Virus record (IMG/VR): IMGVR_UViG_3300011439_000001
Coordinates: 1-54,264 of that record
Direction: 5' to 3' (one strand)
Length of the DNA: 54,264 nucleotides
From: a virus
Taxonomy: Duplodnaviria; Caudoviricetes
The notes under the pieces: generated by a model
Seen by the model: the letters and a program-made list of their open reading frames with translations, nothing else
The model's database searches: none
Told to the model about the DNA's origin: nothing
Shown here: positions 37,668-44,656 of the stretch, one piece after another
Layout of the letters: each line of letters opens with the position of its first letter
Position numbering within the stretch: position 1 is the first letter of the stretch
Program-made: the position numbers and the translations under genes

Positions 37668-38100
37668 CAAGGTCAATAAATCAAAGATGTACGGGTATGC
37701 TGTTCAGTTGTATGAAGCAATGGATAATCAGGCAGAGGATGGAATATATGTAGGTAAGGTGGTTGATACATTCAACTCACTTCATATATCCGGCTCACAT
37801 TATACTACACTATTCAATGCACTCAAAGAACTAGGTTGTATAGAACTTCTGGATCGTGGGGTACGCGGTAGGCCGACACGCTACCGTATGCATGGCCCTC
37901 CCGATGAAGCCGCATACGACACACGTTATGAATCAGGCTTGACAGCGGGGGAGAAACCTGCTACCGTGTCGGTTACAGAGTTGGAAAAACGGATAGCGAC
38001 ATTAGAAGGGAGGTTAAAAGGATTACAGATCAAGCAAGTGCTAGTGAATTACGAAGAGAGAATCGTAGCACTAGAGAAGTTGAAAGGGGGTAGCAAGTAA
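37660..38100 (+). CDS. Winged-HTH DNA-binding protein with C-terminal coiled coil
   Basis: YTTLFNALKELGCIELLDRGVRGRPTRY followed by a heptad tail. Confidence 0.7.
   Translation: MSSKVNKSKMYGYAVQLYEAMDNQAEDGIYVGKVVDTFNSLHISGSHYTTLFNALKELGCIELLDRGVRGRPTRYRMHGPPDEAAYDTRYESGLTAGEKPATVSVTELEKRIATLEGRLKGLQIKQVLVNYEERIVALEKLKGGSK
37939..37967 (+). promoter_or_regulatory. Intragenic sigma70-type promoter
   Basis: TTGACA-N17-TACCGT with TG extension; same -35 and -10 as the 38731 promoter. Confidence 0.65.
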
Positions 38101-38174
38101 AAATTATGGCAAGGCAACGCAATAAGAAATCCGATAATGATACTAATACACAAAACACAGGAGAACAGAATACA

Positions 38175-38468
38175 ATGACTGATCTTATGTTCGAGACGCT
38201 TAGTGATGATGAGTTGGGTGAGGCGCTTTCTTCGGCTCGCGCGAAGGGTGAGTATAAGTCTATCCTTCAGCAGATCGTTGATGGTGGAGTTCGTGCAGCT
38301 CGTATTCCTACTGATCGTGGCCCATTTGAGGGACGTAAGGCATCTACGGTCAAGACGGGATTTGAGAATGCTCGCAAGGCTGACGATGCACCTGAAGAGT
38401 TCAAGCAGCTTAAGGTGTCCAGCAAGAAGGGTAACGTGTACATCGTGAACCAGGCGGTTGCATCGTAA
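38175..38468 (+). CDS. Hypothetical protein, paralog of 31653..31988 (alternative start 38106)
   Basis: AGGAG upstream; MTDLMFETLSDDE...RAKGE...FEGRK. Confidence 0.8.
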   Translation: MTDLMFETLSDDELGEALSSARAKGEYKSILQQIVDGGVRAARIPTDRGPFEGRKASTVKTGFENARKADDAPEEFKQLKVSSKKGNVYIVNQAVAS

Positions 38469-38485
38469 GTAAGTACGTTTGGAAC

Positions 38486-38524
38486 GGGGTAGTTGTGGGT
38501 ATATATCACACTTGCAACTACCCC
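38486..38524 (+). terminator. 15-bp hairpin after 38468 (putative terminator or structured RNA)
   Basis: GGGGTAGTTGTGGGT / ACTTGCAACTACCCC, including G-U pairs. Confidence 0.6.
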
Positions 38525-38584
38525 CTCCATACTAAACGTCATATGAGAAGTACACCCTTCAATATGATGACGTTTAGTATGGAG
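38525..38584. repeat. Perfect 18-bp inverted repeat
   Basis: CTCCATACTAAACGTCAT (38525-38542) / ATGACGTTTAGTATGGAG (38567-38584). Confidence 0.9.
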
Positions 38585-38730
38585 AAGAGCTGGATATACA
38601 AGTATCATATGCATCCTGCGCTCGTTGCCAGTTTTTATACCGAGCAGGAGTTTGTCGATCATATGTTCATCTGGCTGATCTATGCTAACTATGGAGTTCT
38701 TCTATCAATGGAAGAACTATCGGTAGCAGC

Positions 38731-38759
38731 TTGACAGATCGGTAGTTTTATGCTACCGT
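38731..38759 (+). promoter_or_regulatory. sigma70-type promoter upstream of the structured non-coding region
   Basis: TTGACA-N17-TACCGT with TG extension; overlapped by the inverted repeat CGGTAG/CTACCG. Confidence 0.7.
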
Positions 38760-38765
38760 CTGCCG

Positions 38766-39400
38766 ATGAGTTGCTACCCCCATGTAGTTACTCAGAAATG
38801 CGGGGAGTGAAAGTTCAGCAGTTGTAGTGTGAGCTACAATCGCGTTCCGGTAGCTTCCCGCATTTCGTATTAATAGATCTTTGACAATCTAAGCAGGTAC
38901 AGAGATTTGCCCATATAGGGCAATTAAGTGTAGGGTAGAAATATCAATAAAGACCCACCAAGGTCACTACCCTACATAAGTGTGGAGTTAATGGTTGCGC
39001 TATAAGCGTAGGGGTGTAACTTAAAATGCGCCGCAGCATCCTCCCCAGAGGAAGTTACATTCCCACCCTCACCATTAACTCCACAATATAATTAAGCGTG
39101 CCACATGGCGGTCTACGGTACAAACCGCGATTGGTAGTACATTGTACATGCTACCGATTGAAATATACGCTGATGCGTAAATGCGGTGTAGATGAAACGG
39201 CGCTTGGGTATAGGTTGTAAATCAGCCATGTCCTATACCCGATATTACTGTAGAGAGTGCAAGCACTATGGTACTCCACTAGTCTACGGGCTAGCATAGT
39301 AAGAATCCATAGGCTGACAACTATAATAGCCCATCCACATAAGGGTGGGGACAGTAAGGTTAAACAACAAACAGGCACTCAGCCTTACTGGTATTCTTGT
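38766..39400 (+). ncRNA. Large, highly structured non-coding RNA or RNA array of unknown family
   Basis: No credible ORF. About ten consecutive helical domains with G-U pairs that favour the + strand, e.g. 38795-38807/38854-38866, 38928-38938/38967-38977, 38981-38995/39071-39085, 39204-39214/39232-39242 and 39352-39361/39381-39390. Confidence 0.7.
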
Positions 39401-39422
39401 AATCTACTAGGAGGTAGAAGTC

Positions 39423-40067
39423 CTGAGAGGACTAGCTGCCATACTAGCCATATCCGTTGCGTTACTACTTGTGGTGATGTTTACTACAGGTGCATCGGAG
39501 GCAACTAGCCAACAGCAAAGTACCACAGGAGATAGTAGGGTACTGGTACAAAAGTATGACAATGCTGTAGATAAGGTAACAGAAACTCTTTGGAATCTGA
39601 ATCACAAGAGTAATTGTAACCTTAATCGAGCTAGGAAGTATATTAGTAACAAGCGAAAAGCTACATGGGAATGGCAAGATAAAATTTTGGTACCACACAC
39701 CCGTACTAATTATGCAGAGCGAAAAGCTCACGGGTGTAAGTACATTAAGTGGTTAGGTAAAAGATGGGCAACTAATGCAGAGGGTGCTTTCAGAACTTAT
39801 GTTGATCTTCAAGACCCTGAAGCTGCCATATGTCATGTCTTTGGTAACTACTGTACTCAGGCACTAGCAGTTACAGCTTGTGAATCGGGACACAGTAGAA
39901 CACCGAGAGCTACCAATGGACAGTATCTAGGAATGTTTCAGATGGGTAGCTTTGCTCGTTCCACATATGGACATGGCAATACACCACTTGAACAGGCAAT
40001 TGCTGCATATAAATACTTTGTTGCATCGGGGCGAGATTGGTCGCCTTGGAGTTGCAAGCCTTATTAA
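39423..40067 (+). CDS. Secreted lysozyme-like (Rpf/SLT-type) transglycosylase; probable CUG start
   Basis: ACESG (catalytic Glu), NGQYLGMFQM, EQAIAA and WSPWSC. GGAGGT lies 7 nt before in-frame CTG 39423, which gives the signal peptide MRGLAAILAISVALLLVVMFTTGASEA. Confidence 0.8.
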   Translation: MRGLAAILAISVALLLVVMFTTGASEATSQQQSTTGDSRVLVQKYDNAVDKVTETLWNLNHKSNCNLNRARKYISNKRKATWEWQDKILVPHTRTNYAERKAHGCKYIKWLGKRWATNAEGAFRTYVDLQDPEAAICHVFGNYCTQALAVTACESGHSRTPRATNGQYLGMFQMGSFARSTYGHGNTPLEQAIAAYKYFVASGRDWSPWSCKPY

Positions 40068-40080
40068 GGAGAATCGGTGA

Positions 40081-40212
40081 ATGATGCAAATAAAAGTACT
40101 GACTCTCATTCTGATGGTGATTGTCTTTCTGACAATGCTAGTGAGTACAGCATCGGCACAGTGGGTACGAGTGAGCGGAAGCAACACGTTTCCGGGGTTC
40201 TGCCTAAAGTAG
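40081..40212 (+). CDS. Possible secreted peptide precursor (43 aa); competes with overlapping ORF 40077..40277
   Basis: MMQIKVLTLILMVIVFLTMLVSTASA|QWVRVSGSNTFPGFCLK, with AGGAG 9 nt upstream. Confidence 0.5.
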   Translation: MMQIKVLTLILMVIVFLTMLVSTASAQWVRVSGSNTFPGFCLK

Positions 40213-40279
40213 ATATCTCAGATGCACTAGATGTAGTTGCTAAAGCAAGACTCTACTATGCATTGGAGGGGAGGTAACA

Positions 40280-40366
40280 ATGCGTTGGGAAACTGAAGCA
40301 CCTGAGCCTACTGAGCCAGCACCCGATGACGGTGGTGGCGATGATGAACCTAGTGTGCCAGAGTAA
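40280..40366 (+). CDS. Tiny acidic Pro-rich peptide (28 aa)
   Basis: GGAGGT RBS; MRWETEAPEPTEPAPDDGGGDDEPSVPE. Confidence 0.55.
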   Translation: MRWETEAPEPTEPAPDDGGGDDEPSVPE

Positions 40367-40391
40367 GTAGTTAAAGAGTGCCGTGTATCGG

Positions 40392-40485
40392 CAGTAACGG
40401 TAATGGGTGTCGTGGCAGACGCAATCTATAGTGAATACTAGTTAGCCTAGCTATAGAGTAGGTTCGATTCCTACAACCGTTATTG
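40392..40485 (+). ncRNA. tRNA-like RNA with non-canonical anticodon arm and no encoded CCA
   Basis: T arm GTAGG-TTCGATT-CCTAC, D-like arm GTGTC-GTGGCA-GACGC, and closing stem CAGTAACGGT/ACCGTTATTG. Confidence 0.65.
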
Positions 40486-40543
40486 AGCTACGTGAGGAAG
40501 CTATAGCCCGTGGAATTCGGGTCAAGAGTTGAAGCGTAGCTCA
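40484..40543 (+). ncRNA. Stem / internal-loop / hairpin element
   Basis: TGAGCTACG/CGTAGCTCA enclosing GCCCG-TGGAATT-CGGGT. Confidence 0.45.
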
Positions 40544-40547
40544 TCTA

Positions 40548-40991
40548 TTGAGTGCCTGCTTAGATTATGAACCTTACATAGATATATGCCCCAATTGTGG
40601 GCATAATAAAGAACTCGTTGAGTCGAGTGGTTGGTGCATCCCTTGTACTAAAGCGCATAACTTATGCATTGATTGTGGAACAGAAATACCGGAATCTCAC
40701 CAACGTATACTATGTTGGGATTGCAAGGAAGAACGGTGGCTTAAAAAGTACGGTGATCTAATTGAGTACCTTATGTTAACAGGGCTAAGTTTTAACAAAG
40801 CTCGATTGATGGTAGCTAATGCAATCAGACCACTATGCGTAGTTTGCCAAGGCCCAATAAAAGGGGGCACACCGGGAGAATCCTTATTTTGCTCCGCAAC
40901 TATTAAGTGCAAGAGGATACGCAATAAGTATCGCCGTCTAATAGCAGGAGGTATGGCACCTAATCGTGCTATAGATCAAGCGTTCAAATAA
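40548..40991 (+). CDS. Multi-CxxC zinc-binding protein
   Basis: Five CxxC motifs plus CxxxxxC; start position uncertain. Confidence 0.7.
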   Translation: MSACLDYEPYIDICPNCGHNKELVESSGWCIPCTKAHNLCIDCGTEIPESHQRILCWDCKEERWLKKYGDLIEYLMLTGLSFNKARLMVANAIRPLCVVCQGPIKGGTPGESLFCSATIKCKRIRNKYRRLIAGGMAPNRAIDQAFK

Positions 40992-41004
40992 ACGGGGGTA
41001 GTAA

Positions 41005-42645
41005 ATGGAAACTGTTTTTGAAGCACTAGATGTAGTAGATACCTACTACGAAAGTACAGAGTGGCAAGATAAAGCTATTGAGACTATGCTGGATAAGAAC
41101 GGCGAACCCGTTACTTATTCGGCTGACTGGTCAGAGATGGGTTGCTACAAAACTACGACAGCTTTGTGGTTGTTACAGCAACGGGCCAAAAGATATAAGG
41201 ACGCCACAGTAAGCGAAGAGAATCCTAATGGCGTAACACCCGTTACTCTCATCATTACTAGTAAGGCTGGTAAAGGTACTTACTTCGATGCGATCCCAAA
41301 GGCGAAGATAAACGCTACAGTGTATAACATCGGAGTAGAGAAGTGCTACCGTCGTATCGGTGACTTGGAAATTCCGACAAAGATCACTGATATCAAGAGA
41401 GAGGGTGAGCATATCATCTTCCTTGCTCACTATGAGGTATTCTCTCCGAGAGTGGAGAAAACTCGTAGCACTACCGAAGTCACAGATATGGTAACTGGTG
41501 AGCTAGAAGTTATTGAAGATAAGAAGAAGGCACGACTAAGTATTAACGCGAAGTATTGCAAGCAGATCAACTGGACTAACATTGTGTGTGATGAAGCACA
41601 CAAGCTGAAGAATCCAGATACTAAGTGGACTCGGCAGATTAAAAGAATCCGTGGTCAGCATAAGCATATTATGACTGGTACTGGATTCGTTAATCGGCCA
41701 GATGAAATGTGGTCGTTGCTGCATTTCTTGAATGAAAAGGAATGGCCTAGCTACTGGTCATTTAGAGAAGAGTTCTGCGAGGAATACTTTGATGATAGTG
41801 CAGGTACTCGTATCGTGCTAGGTATCAAGCCTGAGAAGTTGCCTGAACTAATTGCACTACAGCAGAGTCTCGGGCCACGCTTCTTTATGTCCGATGTTCA
41901 TAGCTCAATTGGAGAGCCGGTGTTTAGTACACATACTGTAGACCTGTCACCTGTGCAGAGAAAGATGTTTGAGGAAATCAAGAATGAACTGTATACTTTG
42001 GATCAGCAAGGATTTCCAATTACTAGCCCGAACGTCTTGTCAGCACTCAACCGTCTACGTCAAATTAGTGTGGCTACACCCCGCGTTGTCAATACCGTAT
42101 ATGATGAGAAACTCCAGCGTTTGCGGTTGGAAATTGAGCTAGAGGAACCATCATCGAAACTCGATATGGCAATGCAGTTGATTGAAGAGATTAGATGGGA
42201 CGATGAAATCCGTAGACAAGTGGTAGTCTTTAGTTCATTCAAAGACCCACTCCGTCTGTTGGAGAAAAGATTGCAGAAGGCAGAGGTTCCTTATCTGCAT
42301 CTAGAGACTAAGGCTAATGAGGAACAGCGGTATGAAATGTGGCATGATACGTTCCCGAAGAAGGAGCATAAAGTATTCATGTCCACGTTGCAGCTAGGTG
42401 GAGAGTCAATTAACCTAGCCTGCGCTCAGTACATGATCTTCCTCGATAGAGACTGGTCGCCTAAGAATATGCTACAGGCTGTTGGTCGTATCTATAGGCC
42501 AGGACAAACTGGTATCCCGGAGATCATTAACATTGATGCTCGCAATAGTATTGATGCCAGGATGAAGGGTCTGCTGGATATTAAGGGTAAGTGGTTCAAG
42601 CAGGTGTTCGGTAAGAAAGATGAAAACGGCAACGGTGATGACTAA
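41005..42645 (+). CDS. SNF2-family DNA helicase
   Basis: EMGCYKT, CDEAH, MTGT, GGESINL and QAVGRIYRPGQ. Confidence 0.9.
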   Translation: METVFEALDVVDTYYESTEWQDKAIETMLDKNGEPVTYSADWSEMGCYKTTTALWLLQQRAKRYKDATVSEENPNGVTPVTLIITSKAGKGTYFDAIPKAKINATVYNIGVEKCYRRIGDLEIPTKITDIKREGEHIIFLAHYEVFSPRVEKTRSTTEVTDMVTGELEVIEDKKKARLSINAKYCKQINWTNIVCDEAHKLKNPDTKWTRQIKRIRGQHKHIMTGTGFVNRPDEMWSLLHFLNEKEWPSYWSFREEFCEEYFDDSAGTRIVLGIKPEKLPELIALQQSLGPRFFMSDVHSSIGEPVFSTHTVDLSPVQRKMFEEIKNELYTLDQQGFPITSPNVLSALNRLRQISVATPRVVNTVYDEKLQRLRLEIELEEPSSKLDMAMQLIEEIRWDDEIRRQVVVFSSFKDPLRLLEKRLQKAEVPYLHLETKANEEQRYEMWHDTFPKKEHKVFMSTLQLGGESINLACAQYMIFLDRDWSPKNMLQAVGRIYRPGQTGIPEIINIDARNSIDARMKGLLDIKGKWFKQVFGKKDENGNGDD

Positions 42646-42648
42646 CTT

Positions 42649-43320
42649 GTGAGCAAGATAACGACGCCCTCACTACAACAGATACGGAGCCGGCGATATA
42701 AACTTATCGACGGGGTATGGCACAAGCTATGTAGTGGTACTGCCCATGAAGAACCCGAATGGCTTCCAGCTACAGCAAAATACTATTACTTCCGTAAGAC
42801 GGGGCCAACCGCAGGTAGACCATCTTCTACTTGTCGCTTGTGTCATGTATGGGACAAAGTTAAGAACCCCGGTTCTCATCATGGTTTCGTACCTATTGAC
42901 ATTGCTCGCCCATTTTACATTGAAGCAGTTAATCGTGTAGGCGTAGCTGAACTATCACGTCGTTCAGGTCTATCTCTACATCATATACAAAGCATCTACT
43001 CTCGTCCTAATAAGAAGTACGTTAGGAAGATGAGTCTCCGAAAAGTAATGCTAGAACTTGTTTCCATGCAGCGTAAAAACGAGTACATAAATGATCCGCG
43101 CGTTCGGTGGCAAACAGATCGTCGTAACAATGGCGAGCTAGGTACCTGTGGTGGTTGTGGGGGTATTCTCCGTAACATCACTACTGGCTGTAAGGTCTGT
43201 TACGACCGACACTACAACTTGTTCCGTAAAAAGAAGATTACGAAGAAACAATGGAAGGCTTTAAAGGTACGATTCTCCATTAGTCCAGGCGATTGGATTA
43301 TGGGTAAGCCACCAAAATAG
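42649..43320 (+). CDS. Zinc-finger / HTH DNA-binding protein
   Basis: C...CRLC, HTH-like GVAELSRRSGLSLHHIQSI, then CGGC...CKVC. Confidence 0.65.
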   Translation: MSKITTPSLQQIRSRRYKLIDGVWHKLCSGTAHEEPEWLPATAKYYYFRKTGPTAGRPSSTCRLCHVWDKVKNPGSHHGFVPIDIARPFYIEAVNRVGVAELSRRSGLSLHHIQSIYSRPNKKYVRKMSLRKVMLELVSMQRKNEYINDPRVRWQTDRRNNGELGTCGGCGGILRNITTGCKVCYDRHYNLFRKKKITKKQWKALKVRFSISPGDWIMGKPPK

Positions 43321-43323
43321 CAC

Positions 43324-43352
43324 TTGACTTACCCGCCCGACTGTGATAGGGT
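43324..43352 (+). promoter_or_regulatory. sigma70-type promoter
   Basis: TTGACT-N17-TAGGGT with TG extension; intergenic, before the recombination genes. Confidence 0.7.
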
Positions 43353-43408
43353 AGTCGAACTCAACAGTCCACTTTAGAGACTTTGAGAAGAAACGGGGGT
43401 AGTACGGT

Positions 43409-44656
43409 ATGTCTAGTAGTGTAGAAGTCCAGCTTCGGCAACCGGATATTCCGTCGAAGTGGGACATTATACCAATCCACACGTCCGACATTGCTAACTT
43501 TAAGCGGTGTCGTAGATATTGGGATTGGTCATCACCGACAAGAACGAACCTTAGACATAAGGTGGAAATTTATGGTATCTCTTTTCCACTATGGTTCGGT
43601 ACTGGTATCCATTACGCATTGGAGAAGTTCTATGATCCGATGCTTAGACGTGATCCCGTTGAAACCTTCCTAACGTGGTTTAATTATCAATGGGAAGGTG
43701 GTATCGTAGGTGAAGAGTGGCTGAATCTTACTTATGACATTCATCCTCGTCTCGCAGATATTGATGGAAAGAAAAGTAAAGATCAGTGGAAGATTAAAGG
43801 TCTAAGGGATTTGTTGCCCGATCCTATCGAAGCTGAGTTCATTGAACATAAAGAACTTGGTATCGGTATGTTGGAATTCTACAAAGACTTTGCTGCAAGG
43901 AAGGATGATTTTGAAGTCGTCGCCGTGGAATCTACTTACAGCATCCCGTTGGAATTTGAGTCTATCGACCGACGGGAAGATTCACCTAATTACGGTAAAC
44001 TCATTGAAGTCCATGCGCGAGGTAAAAGAGATCAAATAGCATGGTATCCCGAACGTGAGAAGTTCGGTGTTATGGACTACAAAACAACGGCAAGAGTCGA
44101 TGAAGATTACTTTCTAAAGAATGAGAAGGATGAACAGTTCACCAACTATCTGTGGGCGACCAAGTACGAAGCTAAGTATTATGAACTGCCGTGGTACGCA
44201 CACGAAGTTGATAGAGTCATCGTCAACGCCATGCGTAAGAACTTTCCGAAACCTCCGACTATTCTTAAATCAGGACTTATCAGCGTTAACCGACAGACAG
44301 AAGGAACTACCGCTACGCTATTCATGCGGGCAGTTAAAGAACGTGGACTAGAGATGTGGTATGAAGATGACGAGAAGGCACAATCGTACTATAACTATCT
44401 CGTCAAGCAAGGCGATGACCTATTTGTACAGCGTGATGTAGTCTTTCGCAATGAACATGAAATTGAGAATGCTCACAAGCATATCACAATGATTGCGAAG
44501 GAAATGCTGCGCGACGATATCCCGCTTTATCCAACACCTACAGGTGCGAAGTCTTGTCTTAATTGTGCGTTCCGAGTACCTTGCATAGCGAAGGATGATG
44601 GTTCAGATTGGCAAGGTATGTTGGAAGATGGTTACGAATACAACAGGGATAGATAA
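43409..44656 (+). CDS. PD-(D/E)XK RecB/Cas4-like exonuclease
   Basis: RCRRYW, GTGIHYALE, GKRD, MDYKT, QxxxY and CLNCAFRVPC. Confidence 0.9.
   Translation: MSSSVEVQLRQPDIPSKWDIIPIHTSDIANFKRCRRYWDWSSPTRTNLRHKVEIYGISFPLWFGTGIHYALEKFYDPMLRRDPVETFLTWFNYQWEGGIVGEEWLNLTYDIHPRLADIDGKKSKDQWKIKGLRDLLPDPIEAEFIEHKELGIGMLEFYKDFAARKDDFEVVAVESTYSIPLEFESIDRREDSPNYGKLIEVHARGKRDQIAWYPEREKFGVMDYKTTARVDEDYFLKNEKDEQFTNYLWATKYEAKYYELPWYAHEVDRVIVNAMRKNFPKPPTILKSGLISVNRQTEGTTATLFMRAVKERGLEMWYEDDEKAQSYYNYLVKQGDDLFVQRDVVFRNEHEIENAHKHITMIAKEMLRDDIPLYPTPTGAKSCLNCAFRVPCIAKDDGSDWQGMLEDGYEYNRDR

Noticed and set aside
38801-38820. RNase P RNA (GAGTGAAAGTTC resembles GAGGAAAGTCC)
   Set aside because: No matching 3' P4 strand was found, and the segment lies inside a local stem-loop.
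39160-39203. Hammerhead ribozyme (CTGATG...GAAAC)
   Set aside because: The core reads CTGATGC rather than CTGANGA, and no proper stem II or III closes around GAAA.
38766-39400. CRISPR or TIGR-type repeat-spacer array
   Set aside because: The helices share no repeated sequence or fixed period, and no Cas or Nop-domain gene was recognised.
39151-39508. ORFs 39151..39378 (-) and 39257..39508 (+)
   Set aside because: No RBS, atypical composition, and they overlap the helical region and the better-supported CUG-start gene.
41120-41160. Atypical helicase Walker A (EMGCYKT instead of EMGLGKT)
   Set aside because: The catalytic Lys-Thr and all other SF2 motifs are intact, so this is probably tolerated variation.
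43409-44656. Cas4 as evidence of a CRISPR system
   Set aside because: It sits in the usual exonuclease / Sak4-like ATPase / SSB recombination module, with no array or other cas genes.
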